This document shows, piece by piece, positions 9,285-17,674 of a DNA stretch of 64,000 bases. Position 1 is the first letter of the stretch. Every line of letters begins with the position of its first letter. The notes under the pieces were generated by a model. The model searched no databases. It was not told the origin of the DNA and worked only from the letters and a program-made list of their open reading frames with translations. The translations under genes were made by a program, and so were the position numbers. This stretch comes from Candidatus Omnitrophota bacterium (GTDB lineage Bacteria > Omnitrophota > Gorgyraeia > Tantalellales > Tantalellaceae): the NCBI GenBank assembly GCA_043811395.1, contig JBDRNE010000025.1, positions 7,137 to 71,136 on the forward strand. Reading direction: 5' to 3'.

Positions 9285-10228
9285 GAGATGCTTATTTGCG
9301 TGCTTTATATAGTTTAGCCAAAAACGATGAACGAATTTTCGCGCTTGTCGCGGATAATGGCGCGATTGTTTATGACAAGTATCGGCAAGATTTTCCGGAA
9401 AGGTTCATTAATTTTGGCATAGCGGAAGCCAATATGGTAAGCGTTGCCGCGGGTCTTGCTTCATGCGGGAAAGTACCTTTCGCGTATACCATTTCTAATT
9501 TCATCACAATGCGCGCGTTTGAACAGGTAAGAAACGATGTTTGTATGCAAAAAATGAATGTTAAATTAGTTGGTATCGGTGCGGGGTTTGTTTATAGCAA
9601 TTTAGGACCTACGCATCACGCTGTTGAGGATATCGCCCTTATGTCGGTTTTACCGGGCATGACAATTTTTTCCCCGGCAGATCCAATAGAAGCCTATGAA
9701 GCAACCATAGCCTCAGCAGAGATAAATGGACCAGTATATTTGCGTCTTGCAACCGGTGGCACGCCTGTAATTTACAAAGAAGATTATGAATTTAATCCCG
9801 GCAAGGGTGTGATCTTAAGGGAAGGTAGAGATGTCGCAGTTATTACCACAGGCAATATCACGCATGAAGTTATTCTTGCTATAGATGAACTTAAAAGAGA
9901 AGGCATATCAGTGCGCCTAATAAATATGCATACGATAAAACCTATTGATAAACAGATTATAGTTAAAGCGGCTGAAGATACCGGGGCTATTTTGACTATT
10001 GAGGAACATTCACTTTTTGGCGGGTTAGGTAGTTTGGTATCATTGATTTTAGTTGAAACAGATGTTTCGGTAAGTTTCAAGAGTTTAGGGTTCGACAATA
10101 CTTTTCCAGAAGGGTATGGAACATATCAGGATATGAAAAAAATGAATGGTCTTTCAAAAGATGATTTTATAAGAGAAACAAAACTTCTTTATGAAAGAAA
10201 AATGCAGAAAAACGGAATAGTGTTTTAG
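9281..10228 (+). CDS. Transketolase-like protein, C-terminal subunit
   Basis: GIAEANM, RAFEQVRND, GPTHHAVED, GPVYLRL, TIKPID, EEHSLFGGLG. Confidence 0.93.
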   Translation: MRDAYLRALYSLAKNDERIFALVADNGAIVYDKYRQDFPERFINFGIAEANMVSVAAGLASCGKVPFAYTISNFITMRAFEQVRNDVCMQKMNVKLVGIGAGFVYSNLGPTHHAVEDIALMSVLPGMTIFSPADPIEAYEATIASAEINGPVYLRLATGGTPVIYKEDYEFNPGKGVILREGRDVAVITTGNITHEVILAIDELKREGISVRLINMHTIKPIDKQIIVKAAEDTGAILTIEEHSLFGGLGSLVSLILVETDVSVSFKSLGFDNTFPEGYGTYQDMKKMNGLSKDDFIRETKLLYERKMQKNGIVF

Positions 10229-10242
10229 GGTAAAAGGAAATT

Positions 10243-11688
10243 ATGGGGGGAAAGAACGAAATAAAAAAGGTATTATTGGTTTCGCCAAGGTTTAATAAAG
10301 GCAGACATCAAATATCTATTCATCCTTTGGCAGGTCTTGGGTATATTGCCGAATCTTTAAAAAATAACGGTTTTGAAGTTAATGTTTTCGACATGAACTT
10401 GCAGTATTCTGAAAAGGATTTGGCAGAGAAAATACATAGTTTTCTTCCCGATATGGTAGGTTTTTTGATTATGACTTTTGGCTATAAAGATACTTATCGT
10501 CTGATTGAAGGAGTTAAAGAGCTGGAGCCGAATGTTAAAATTGCTGTTGGTGGACCACATATTTCTACTTTAAAAGAAAAGGTTTTACAGGAATGCTCCG
10601 CAATTGATTATGGCGTTTTGCTCGAAGGTGATAAAAGTTTTGTTAGGTTGTGTCTTAATGACGACGTAAAGAATATTCCGGGGATAGTTTATCGCGCGGA
10701 AGGTAAAATAAGAAAAAATGAGTTTAATGAATTTATTGAAAATCTAAATGAATTACCTTTTCCTAGATATGAAGCATTTGAACTTGAAAAGTACCCTGTT
10801 AAACAGATAGGCATTGTTACTTCAAGGGGGTGCCCGTATAAGTGCATATATTGTCCGGTAGTTTCTGCCATAGGTCGAAAATTTAGAGCTAGGAACGCTG
10901 ACAATATTGCAGAAGAAATAGAATATTGGCACAGTAAAGGATACAGAGAAATTCTTATTTTGGACGACAATTTTACTTTAGTTCGTTCACGCGTGGAAGA
11001 ATTATGTTGGTTGCTTATAAACAAAGATTTAAAAGACATTAGACTTAAATGTCCCAATGGTATAAGAGCTGATAAAACAGATTATGAACTTTTAAAGCTT
11101 ATGCGAAAAGCCAGGTTTGATATGATCTCTTTTGGAGTGGAATCTGCCAGTAGTAAGGTTTTAAAAAATATAAATAAAGACGAGAATATTGATGTAATAG
11201 AAGAAGCTATAAAAAACGCGTGTAGTTTAGGGTTTGAAGTTAGCCTGTTTTTTATAATAGGTTCTCCGGGAGAAACCCCGGAAGATGTTCAAAAGTCTTT
11301 TTCTTTGGCATTAAAATATCCAGTTGCTGTCAGTAATTTTTATAATATTATTCCGTTTCCTGATACAGAACTTTTTGACTGGATTAGTAAAAATAAATAT
11401 TTCTTGCGTCCATTGGAAGACATTATGAATAACGCGTCACATTTTATAAATGAGCCCTGTTTTTTTACGCCTGAAATGTCTTACGAAGAAAGAAAGCGCG
11501 CTTTTAAAAATGGTAAGAAAATTTCGAAAATTATACGAAAAAGGTTTATCGAAAAAAAACTAAAGGGTCCTGAAGTTTTAAAGAGATTGTTCAGCTGTAT
11601 TTACACTATTGGGGTTGTGGAACAAGTTTTAACGACAAATAAATCTGTAATAAAACTGAAGGAAAAATTGAAACAAGCAGTTTGTTAA
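10243..11688 (+). CDS. Cobalamin-binding radical SAM protein
   Basis: N-terminal B12-binding domain (GLGYIA, GGPH), TSRGCPYKCIYC, DDNF, GVES. Confidence 0.92.
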   Translation: MGGKNEIKKVLLVSPRFNKGRHQISIHPLAGLGYIAESLKNNGFEVNVFDMNLQYSEKDLAEKIHSFLPDMVGFLIMTFGYKDTYRLIEGVKELEPNVKIAVGGPHISTLKEKVLQECSAIDYGVLLEGDKSFVRLCLNDDVKNIPGIVYRAEGKIRKNEFNEFIENLNELPFPRYEAFELEKYPVKQIGIVTSRGCPYKCIYCPVVSAIGRKFRARNADNIAEEIEYWHSKGYREILILDDNFTLVRSRVEELCWLLINKDLKDIRLKCPNGIRADKTDYELLKLMRKARFDMISFGVESASSKVLKNINKDENIDVIEEAIKNACSLGFEVSLFFIIGSPGETPEDVQKSFSLALKYPVAVSNFYNIIPFPDTELFDWISKNKYFLRPLEDIMNNASHFINEPCFFTPEMSYEERKRAFKNGKKISKIIRKRFIEKKLKGPEVLKRLFSCIYTIGVVEQVLTTNKSVIKLKEKLKQAVC

Positions 11689-11701
11689 CGAAGGAGCACA
11701 A

Positions 11702-12364
11702 ATGGGAAGCCTTCTAAATGTAATAACGCCGCTTCATAAAAGGGCAAAAAGAGATTATGTCGCGAGGATGATAAAAGATAAAGTCGATTGTTCCCGAATT
11801 GCCCGCCAATATGGAAAAGATTATTGGGATGGTGACAGAAAATACGGGTATGGCGGGTATAAATATGACGGTAGATGGAGTGTTGTTGCACAAGGGTTAA
11901 TTGATTTATATAAACTTCCAGTAAATGCAAAGATTTTAGATGTTGGGTGCGGGAAAGGGTTTCTTTTGTATGAATTAAAAAAACTTCTGCCCCGTGCGGA
12001 AATAAAAGGATTTGACATTTCAAGCTATGCAATTGAAAATTCAAAGGAAGAGGTCCGGGATAGTTTGTTTGTGCATAAAGCAGAGGACGAGTTTCCTTTT
12101 AATGACAAAGAATTTGATCTGGTTATTTCGATCTCAACGCTTCACAATTTGTGCGTGGGCGACTTAAAAAGCGCTCTCAAAGAAATTGAGAGAACCGGCC
12201 GGAATAAGTATGTTACGATGGAAGCTTACAGGAACGAAGAAGAACTTTTTAATCTCGAGTGTTGGGCATTGACTTGTGAATCGTTTTTTAGACCCGAAGA
12301 ATGGCAGTATTTGTTTAATGAGTTTGGGTATTCGGGTGATTTTGAATTTATTTATTTTGAATAA
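11702..12364 (+). CDS. Class I SAM-dependent methyltransferase
   Basis: ILDVGCGKGF motif I; FDLVIS. Confidence 0.88.
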   Translation: MGSLLNVITPLHKRAKRDYVARMIKDKVDCSRIARQYGKDYWDGDRKYGYGGYKYDGRWSVVAQGLIDLYKLPVNAKILDVGCGKGFLLYELKKLLPRAEIKGFDISSYAIENSKEEVRDSLFVHKAEDEFPFNDKEFDLVISISTLHNLCVGDLKSALKEIERTGRNKYVTMEAYRNEEELFNLECWALTCESFFRPEEWQYLFNEFGYSGDFEFIYFE

Positions 12365-12375
12365 TAAGAGGGGTT

Positions 12376-13446
12376 ATGGGGAATATTTATACTAAAATGA
12401 AAATATTTCATTTCAAAGAAAAAATAGATTCTCTTCCAAGGGAAAAAGGAAAAGTTTTAGCGCCTATTCACATCAGAATAAAACCGACAAATGTGTGCAA
12501 TCATAACTGTTCGTATTGCGCGTATAGGGCGGACGATTTGCAGTTGGGCAAAGACATGGTTCAGCGTGATTTTATTTCTAAAGAAAAAATGATGGAAATA
12601 ATTGATGATGTAATTGAAATGGGGGTTAAAAGTGTTACTTTCTCCGGCGGGGGAGATCCTTTTTGTTATCCATATCTTTTTGACGCGGCAAAAAGATTAT
12701 CCGAATCAGATGTTAAATTTGCTTCACTTACAAATGGGGCTTTGCTGGACGGGGAAAAAGCTGAAATTTTCGCGAAAAACGCTTCCTGGATTCGAATTTC
12801 TATGGATGGGTGGGATGACGAAAGTTATTCTGAGTATCGGGGGGTACCCAAAGGAGAATTTACGAAAGTTTTGAATAACATAAAAAATTTTAAAACGTAT
12901 AATGGTGCCTGTTTTTTAGGGGTTTGTATTATTGTTGATAAAAAAAATGCGTCACATGTATATGAATTAGCGGAACAAATAAGAGAGAGCGGGGCTAATA
13001 GCGTGAAAATAGCGCCGTGTATTGTTAGTAACAGCGGTAAAGAGAATAATGAGTATCATGAGCCTATATTTGATAAAGTTAAAGTAGAGATTGCTCGAGT
13101 TATAAAAAAACTTGGTGATGTTGATTTTGAGATATTTGATTCATACCACGGACAACTAGAAACTTTTGAAAAAGAATATTCATGGTGCCCGTATCTGCAG
13201 ATTTTGCCTGTTATTGGCGCGGATCTCAATATTTATCCGTGTCAGGATAAGGCTTATAATCTTGACGAAGGGCTGATAGGATCTATAAAAGAAGTCAGGT
13301 TTAAAGATTTTTGGTTTTCTGATAAAAATAAGTTTTTTAAAGTTAATCCTTCGCGGCATTGCGCGCATCATTGCGTGGCAGACGGCAAAAATAAACTCAT
13401 TTTAGATTACTTGAATGTAGACAAAAATCATATGGGGTTTGTATAA
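12376..13446 (+). CDS. Radical SAM protein with SPASM/twitch domain (paralog of 7154-8227)
   Basis: CNHNCSYC; SGGGDP; C-terminal C..IGADLNIYPC..CAHHC. Confidence 0.9.
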   Translation: MGNIYTKMKIFHFKEKIDSLPREKGKVLAPIHIRIKPTNVCNHNCSYCAYRADDLQLGKDMVQRDFISKEKMMEIIDDVIEMGVKSVTFSGGGDPFCYPYLFDAAKRLSESDVKFASLTNGALLDGEKAEIFAKNASWIRISMDGWDDESYSEYRGVPKGEFTKVLNNIKNFKTYNGACFLGVCIIVDKKNASHVYELAEQIRESGANSVKIAPCIVSNSGKENNEYHEPIFDKVKVEIARVIKKLGDVDFEIFDSYHGQLETFEKEYSWCPYLQILPVIGADLNIYPCQDKAYNLDEGLIGSIKEVRFKDFWFSDKNKFFKVNPSRHCAHHCVADGKNKLILDYLNVDKNHMGFV

Positions 13447-14482
13447 CCAAAAGAAGTATCGGATGTATTTAAAAAAAACGAAATTGCATAAACGTCAAAG
13501 GTTGCATAGAGCCGGAGATTTGAGAACTATTTCGCTTGATGTGACATCCCTGTGTAGTATGAATTGTCCTCATTGTTATGCTGAATCATTTGTAAATGCG
13601 AAACCTATAGAACTTGATGTTTTGAAGCGCGCCATGGACGAAGCATATGAACTTGGTGTATTTCACTATGTTTTTCAGGGAGGAGAGCCCATTGAGGATC
13701 CTGAGAGGTTGGAAGCGATATTTCGCATGTGTTATCCTGATGAAACTTACATGAATGTTGTAAGTAACGGGTGGCACATGAATCGTGATATGATACGTTG
13801 GCTAAAGAGTTTAAAGGTTGATAAAATTGCTTTTAGTCTGGATTCGGGGATAGAAGAAGAACATGATAAGAACAGGCGAGCGGGTTCTTATAACAGAGTT
13901 CTTGAGGCCGTGGATATTGTTTTGGGAGAAGGTCTTTTAACATCCATTTCTATCGTAGTTACCCATCACTCTTTGCATTCGGCAGGATTCAAGGCCGCGT
14001 ATGATTATGCCGAAAGTAAAGGAATAAGACTGGATGTGCAGATAGCCGAACCTGTCGGAAAGTGGGATGGCAACACAACATGTCTTATGACTCCCGACGA
14101 TTCTCTGTATATCAAGGAATTGCAAAGAAAAGCTCCTATCTTAAAAAACGGACAATGTATGGTGAATCGCGATATTTTTTGCGGAGAACAAGATCATTGT
14201 CCCGCCGGAACCGAATTTATGGGGCTTTCCATTGACGGTGAGTTATTGCCGTGTAATTTTCTTCAATTCAGCGTAGGGAATATACGCAAGGAAACAATAG
14301 GAGAAATGCGTAGGAAATTGTTGACGAATCATTGGTTTTGGGGACAACACCCTTGTTGCTTATGTGGAGAAGATCCTGACTTTATAAATTCATTTATTAC
14401 TCCTTATGTCGGGCAGAAAAAACCGCTTGATGCGAACAAAATCTTTAATTTAATGAAAGGGGCAGAGCATGGGAGAGTTTGA
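13439..14482 (+). CDS. Radical SAM/SPASM protein
   Basis: CSMNCPHC; GGEP; SNG; C-terminal CPAG..IDGELLPC..GNI. Confidence 0.9.
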   Translation: MYNQKKYRMYLKKTKLHKRQRLHRAGDLRTISLDVTSLCSMNCPHCYAESFVNAKPIELDVLKRAMDEAYELGVFHYVFQGGEPIEDPERLEAIFRMCYPDETYMNVVSNGWHMNRDMIRWLKSLKVDKIAFSLDSGIEEEHDKNRRAGSYNRVLEAVDIVLGEGLLTSISIVVTHHSLHSAGFKAAYDYAESKGIRLDVQIAEPVGKWDGNTTCLMTPDDSLYIKELQRKAPILKNGQCMVNRDIFCGEQDHCPAGTEFMGLSIDGELLPCNFLQFSVGNIRKETIGEMRRKLLTNHWFWGQHPCCLCGEDPDFINSFITPYVGQKKPLDANKIFNLMKGAEHGRV

Positions 14483-15236
14483 TGGTTTTAAGAAAACAGG
14501 GATAGATTCAGATGTTGAAAAGGACCTGGAAAAGCATTTTCGCAGATTTAATATTGGCCCCTTGGATGCGCTTAAACTTTTTCCCGTACTTGCTCGCCGG
14601 CAGTGGTTGAAGCGATTCTTAGCCCATGTTGAGCTGTTCCAAAAGACCTTAGATGTGCCTGGGGATATTGCGGAGTTGGGAGTCTTTCGCGGATTGGGTC
14701 TTATGACGTGGGCTAATTTGCTGGAAGCCTACTGCATAGGGGACCGCACAAAGATTGTTTATGGGTTTGACAATTGGAAGGGGTTTACTGAACTTGATCC
14801 AGAAGACGGAAAAGACTCTACCTCAGTTCAAAAGTTTGTTGGTGGGTTTTCTCCGGAAAAATACTATAACGAGATAAAACAAGCGATTGCCATTTTTGAT
14901 AAAGACAGATTTATTCCATGGAAACCACGTGTAAAATTGGTCAAAGGAGATGTAGTAAAAACAGTACCAAAATTTATAAAAGAGAATCCAGGAACACGTT
15001 TTTCTTTGATTCATTTTGATTGCGATCTATATCGTCCTACGAAGATTGCACTAGAAGTTCTATGGCCTGTTTTGTCTCGAGGTGGAGTAATGTTGTTCGA
15101 TGAATATTCTATTTCGGAATGGCCGGGAGAAACCAGAGCTGTTGATGATTTTTTTAACAACAAAGCAAATGTTAGGATCAAGGCGCTTTCGTGGACCAAT
15201 GCTCCAGCAGGCTATGTTATTAAGGGAAGCGATTGA
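14469..15236 (+). CDS. TylF/MycF-family sugar O-methyltransferase
   Basis: GDIAELGVFRG, YGFD, HFDCDLY, GGVMLFDEY, WPGET. Confidence 0.88.
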   Translation: MGEFDGFKKTGIDSDVEKDLEKHFRRFNIGPLDALKLFPVLARRQWLKRFLAHVELFQKTLDVPGDIAELGVFRGLGLMTWANLLEAYCIGDRTKIVYGFDNWKGFTELDPEDGKDSTSVQKFVGGFSPEKYYNEIKQAIAIFDKDRFIPWKPRVKLVKGDVVKTVPKFIKENPGTRFSLIHFDCDLYRPTKIALEVLWPVLSRGGVMLFDEYSISEWPGETRAVDDFFNNKANVRIKALSWTNAPAGYVIKGSD

Positions 15237-15381
15237 GGGGGATAATAAAAAGCCCACCGCTCAAATAGGAGAGGAAAGTGGTAGGGGGGGCGCATAGGAA
15301 CTATGTTGTTGATTTTGGTTCTTTTTTTGAAAACGTACTGTATAAACGAGGCGATATCATAAAGAGGCAGGTGGGGGACGT

Positions 15382-16287
15382 TTGACATATTTGATAGTAG
15401 GATCGGACAGTCTTATCGGAGGGGCTTTGATGTCCGAGTTGAAACGGACTGGCAGGCAGGTAATAGGGACGACAAGGCGCCGCGAAACCGTAGATACGGA
15501 TCATTTTTATCTTGACCTATTAAAAGACCCCGGAACGTGGAATTGTCCCGATTTTGTTACTGTTGCTTTTGTCTGTGCCAGTGTAACCAGGATCGAAAGT
15601 TGTAGACGTGATCCAGTTGAAAGCGCTCGTGTGAACGTAAAAGGAATATTCGAATTGGTTAGGAATTTGACTGAGAAGGGGATATTTGTGATTTACCTGT
15701 CGACGAATCAGGTGTTTGACGGGACGGTACCACATCGTTTGCCAGATGATCAATTGTCTCCCATTACAGAATATGGAAAACAGAAGGCAGAAGCCGAACG
15801 CTTGATCAGCCGGTTTGATCCTCTTGTTGCGATTGTACGTTTTTCAAAGATTTTGGAACCGAGGAATCCGCTTTTTTGCGAGTGGCAAAGGCTTCTTCGA
15901 AAAGGGAAAGTTATTCATCCTTTTTTCGATATGGTTATGGCTCCGGTGGGGCTTGCTTGTGCGGTTTCCATATTATCGATTATGGGAGAACATTGTTTAC
16001 CCGGTATTTTTCAAGTGTCCGGAAATGAGGACGTTTCGTATGCCGAAGTTGCCCATATAGGAGCGACAATATGTGGCGTAGATGAAAGATTAGTACAGCC
16101 GGTTCTTTCATCCAGATCCGGGTGTTATTTAGAAAAAGTAGTCGAACACACGACTATGGATGTGACCAGGTTAAAATTAGTTTTTGGAGTAGAAATACCG
16201 GATGTAAGAACTACAATTAAGACAATATTTACTGAACTACTGGCATTCGAAGAACGTTCTGTATCTCTGAAAAAAGGAGAATATTAA
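15382..16287 (+). CDS. RmlD-like NDP-4-keto-6-deoxysugar reductase (SDR)
   Basis: IVGSDSLIG, YLSTNQVFDG, PITEYGKQKAEAE. Confidence 0.8.
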   Translation: MTYLIVGSDSLIGGALMSELKRTGRQVIGTTRRRETVDTDHFYLDLLKDPGTWNCPDFVTVAFVCASVTRIESCRRDPVESARVNVKGIFELVRNLTEKGIFVIYLSTNQVFDGTVPHRLPDDQLSPITEYGKQKAEAERLISRFDPLVAIVRFSKILEPRNPLFCEWQRLLRKGKVIHPFFDMVMAPVGLACAVSILSIMGEHCLPGIFQVSGNEDVSYAEVAHIGATICGVDERLVQPVLSSRSGCYLEKVVEHTTMDVTRLKLVFGVEIPDVRTTIKTIFTELLAFEERSVSLKKGEY

Positions 16288-16289
16288 TA

Positions 16290-17474
16290 ATGCCAACAAA
16301 CCCGGTCGAAATGTGTGTGTTATGTGGTCACGATACTTTTAAAGAATTTTCCCAATCTATGCGGTTAAAGTCTGTTACTTCGGATTGTAAATTCTGGGAT
16401 TGTGGCGGAATTATCGAGGTTTGCGAATATTGCGGGCATATCCAAAAACGAATGGATCCTTTGTGGAGGGAAGAAGTATCTCGGATATATGCCAACTATA
16501 CGATATACCACTTAAGTGAGGGGAAAGAACAGGTTGTTTTTGATGATGATAGTTCAGCAGTTTTTCCCCGGTCCTTGCGGATATTTGAGTCCTTGGAAGG
16601 ACAAGTTAACATATCGGAGCAAGGTTGTTTGATGGATGTGGGATGCGGAAATGGAGAATTACTGTGTTTGTTCAATAAAAAATATCCTGGGTGGGTTCTT
16701 GCTGGATACGAGCAGGACGAAAAATGTAGAGGAAATATTGTCCGAATACCTGGTGTGCGGCATTTTTATTCCGGCGAGATCGATCTGATCGATCAGATCG
16801 ATCAGAAATTTGATTTCATCACACTTATGGATGTTTTGGAACATGTATTCCAGCCAGTGCAGTTATTGAAACAGCTGCGTAGTAAGCTCGTTTCGGGCGG
16901 TATGGTACTTGTCCATGTGCCTGATTATTCACAGAATCCGTTTGATTTGTTAGTTATGGATCATTGTTCTCATTTTACACCGGAAACGCTCATCCAGACC
17001 GCCCGGCATTCTGGTTTTGAAGTAAGAGTTTTCGCTACGGACTGGATACCGCGATACATTACGGTTGTACTGTGTGTTACGAAAAACCAGGCCATGCAAA
17101 AGATCGCGAAAAGGGATCCGAAGGATGTGGCAAAAGCAGTGGCAGTTGATATCAAATGGTTGGAGGATGTGGTTGAGCACGCTCGTAAGAGTGCAGATAA
17201 GGGCGAGTTGGGTGTTTTTGGAACAGCGATAGCCGGAACTTGGCTGGCTGGCAGGTTGGGTTCCTTGGCATGTTTTTTTGTGGATGAAGATCCTATGAGA
17301 TTGGGGAAAACGCACATGGGTAGGGAAGTTATTCATCCGTTTGATGTGCTCGAAAACAACGAAGTATATTTACCCGTGGTGCCTGAAAAAGCTACACAAA
17401 TTAATAATCGCTTCAAAAGATCTGAAAAATTATTGAAACTTATTCTTCCTCCGATGTTTTCTAGCAAATTATGA
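16290..17474 (+). CDS. Class I SAM methyltransferase with N-terminal Cys (Zn) motif, sugar methyltransferase-like
   Basis: CxxC...CxxC N-terminus, MDVGCGNG, DVLEH, C-terminal Rossmann-like GVFGT...FVDED. Confidence 0.8.
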   Translation: MPTNPVEMCVLCGHDTFKEFSQSMRLKSVTSDCKFWDCGGIIEVCEYCGHIQKRMDPLWREEVSRIYANYTIYHLSEGKEQVVFDDDSSAVFPRSLRIFESLEGQVNISEQGCLMDVGCGNGELLCLFNKKYPGWVLAGYEQDEKCRGNIVRIPGVRHFYSGEIDLIDQIDQKFDFITLMDVLEHVFQPVQLLKQLRSKLVSGGMVLVHVPDYSQNPFDLLVMDHCSHFTPETLIQTARHSGFEVRVFATDWIPRYITVVLCVTKNQAMQKIAKRDPKDVAKAVAVDIKWLEDVVEHARKSADKGELGVFGTAIAGTWLAGRLGSLACFFVDEDPMRLGKTHMGREVIHPFDVLENNEVYLPVVPEKATQINNRFKRSEKLLKLILPPMFSSKL

Positions 17475-17605
17475 ACAACTGTTTGCTAAGTTTTTTATGT
17501 TCTTTACAAGATAATTTAGAGCTATGTGGGCTAAATGGATGAATGGTTTGTTTGTGAGGTTAGTGGAGAAATTTTGATAAAGAATGTGTAAGTAAAAAGC
17601 TTTGA

Positions 17606-17625
17606 AACCACAACATTTTGTGGTT
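17606..17625. promoter_or_regulatory. Intergenic palindrome matching an NrdR-box-like pattern
   Basis: AACCACAA-CATT-TTGTGGTT, 8-bp perfect arms; core CCACAACATTTTGTGG fits acaCwAtATaTwGtgt at the conserved positions. Confidence 0.35.
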
Positions 17626-17674
17626 AACTGCGGTGTTTCCATAAAAACAGTACCTTGAATAGGAGACGTAGTTA

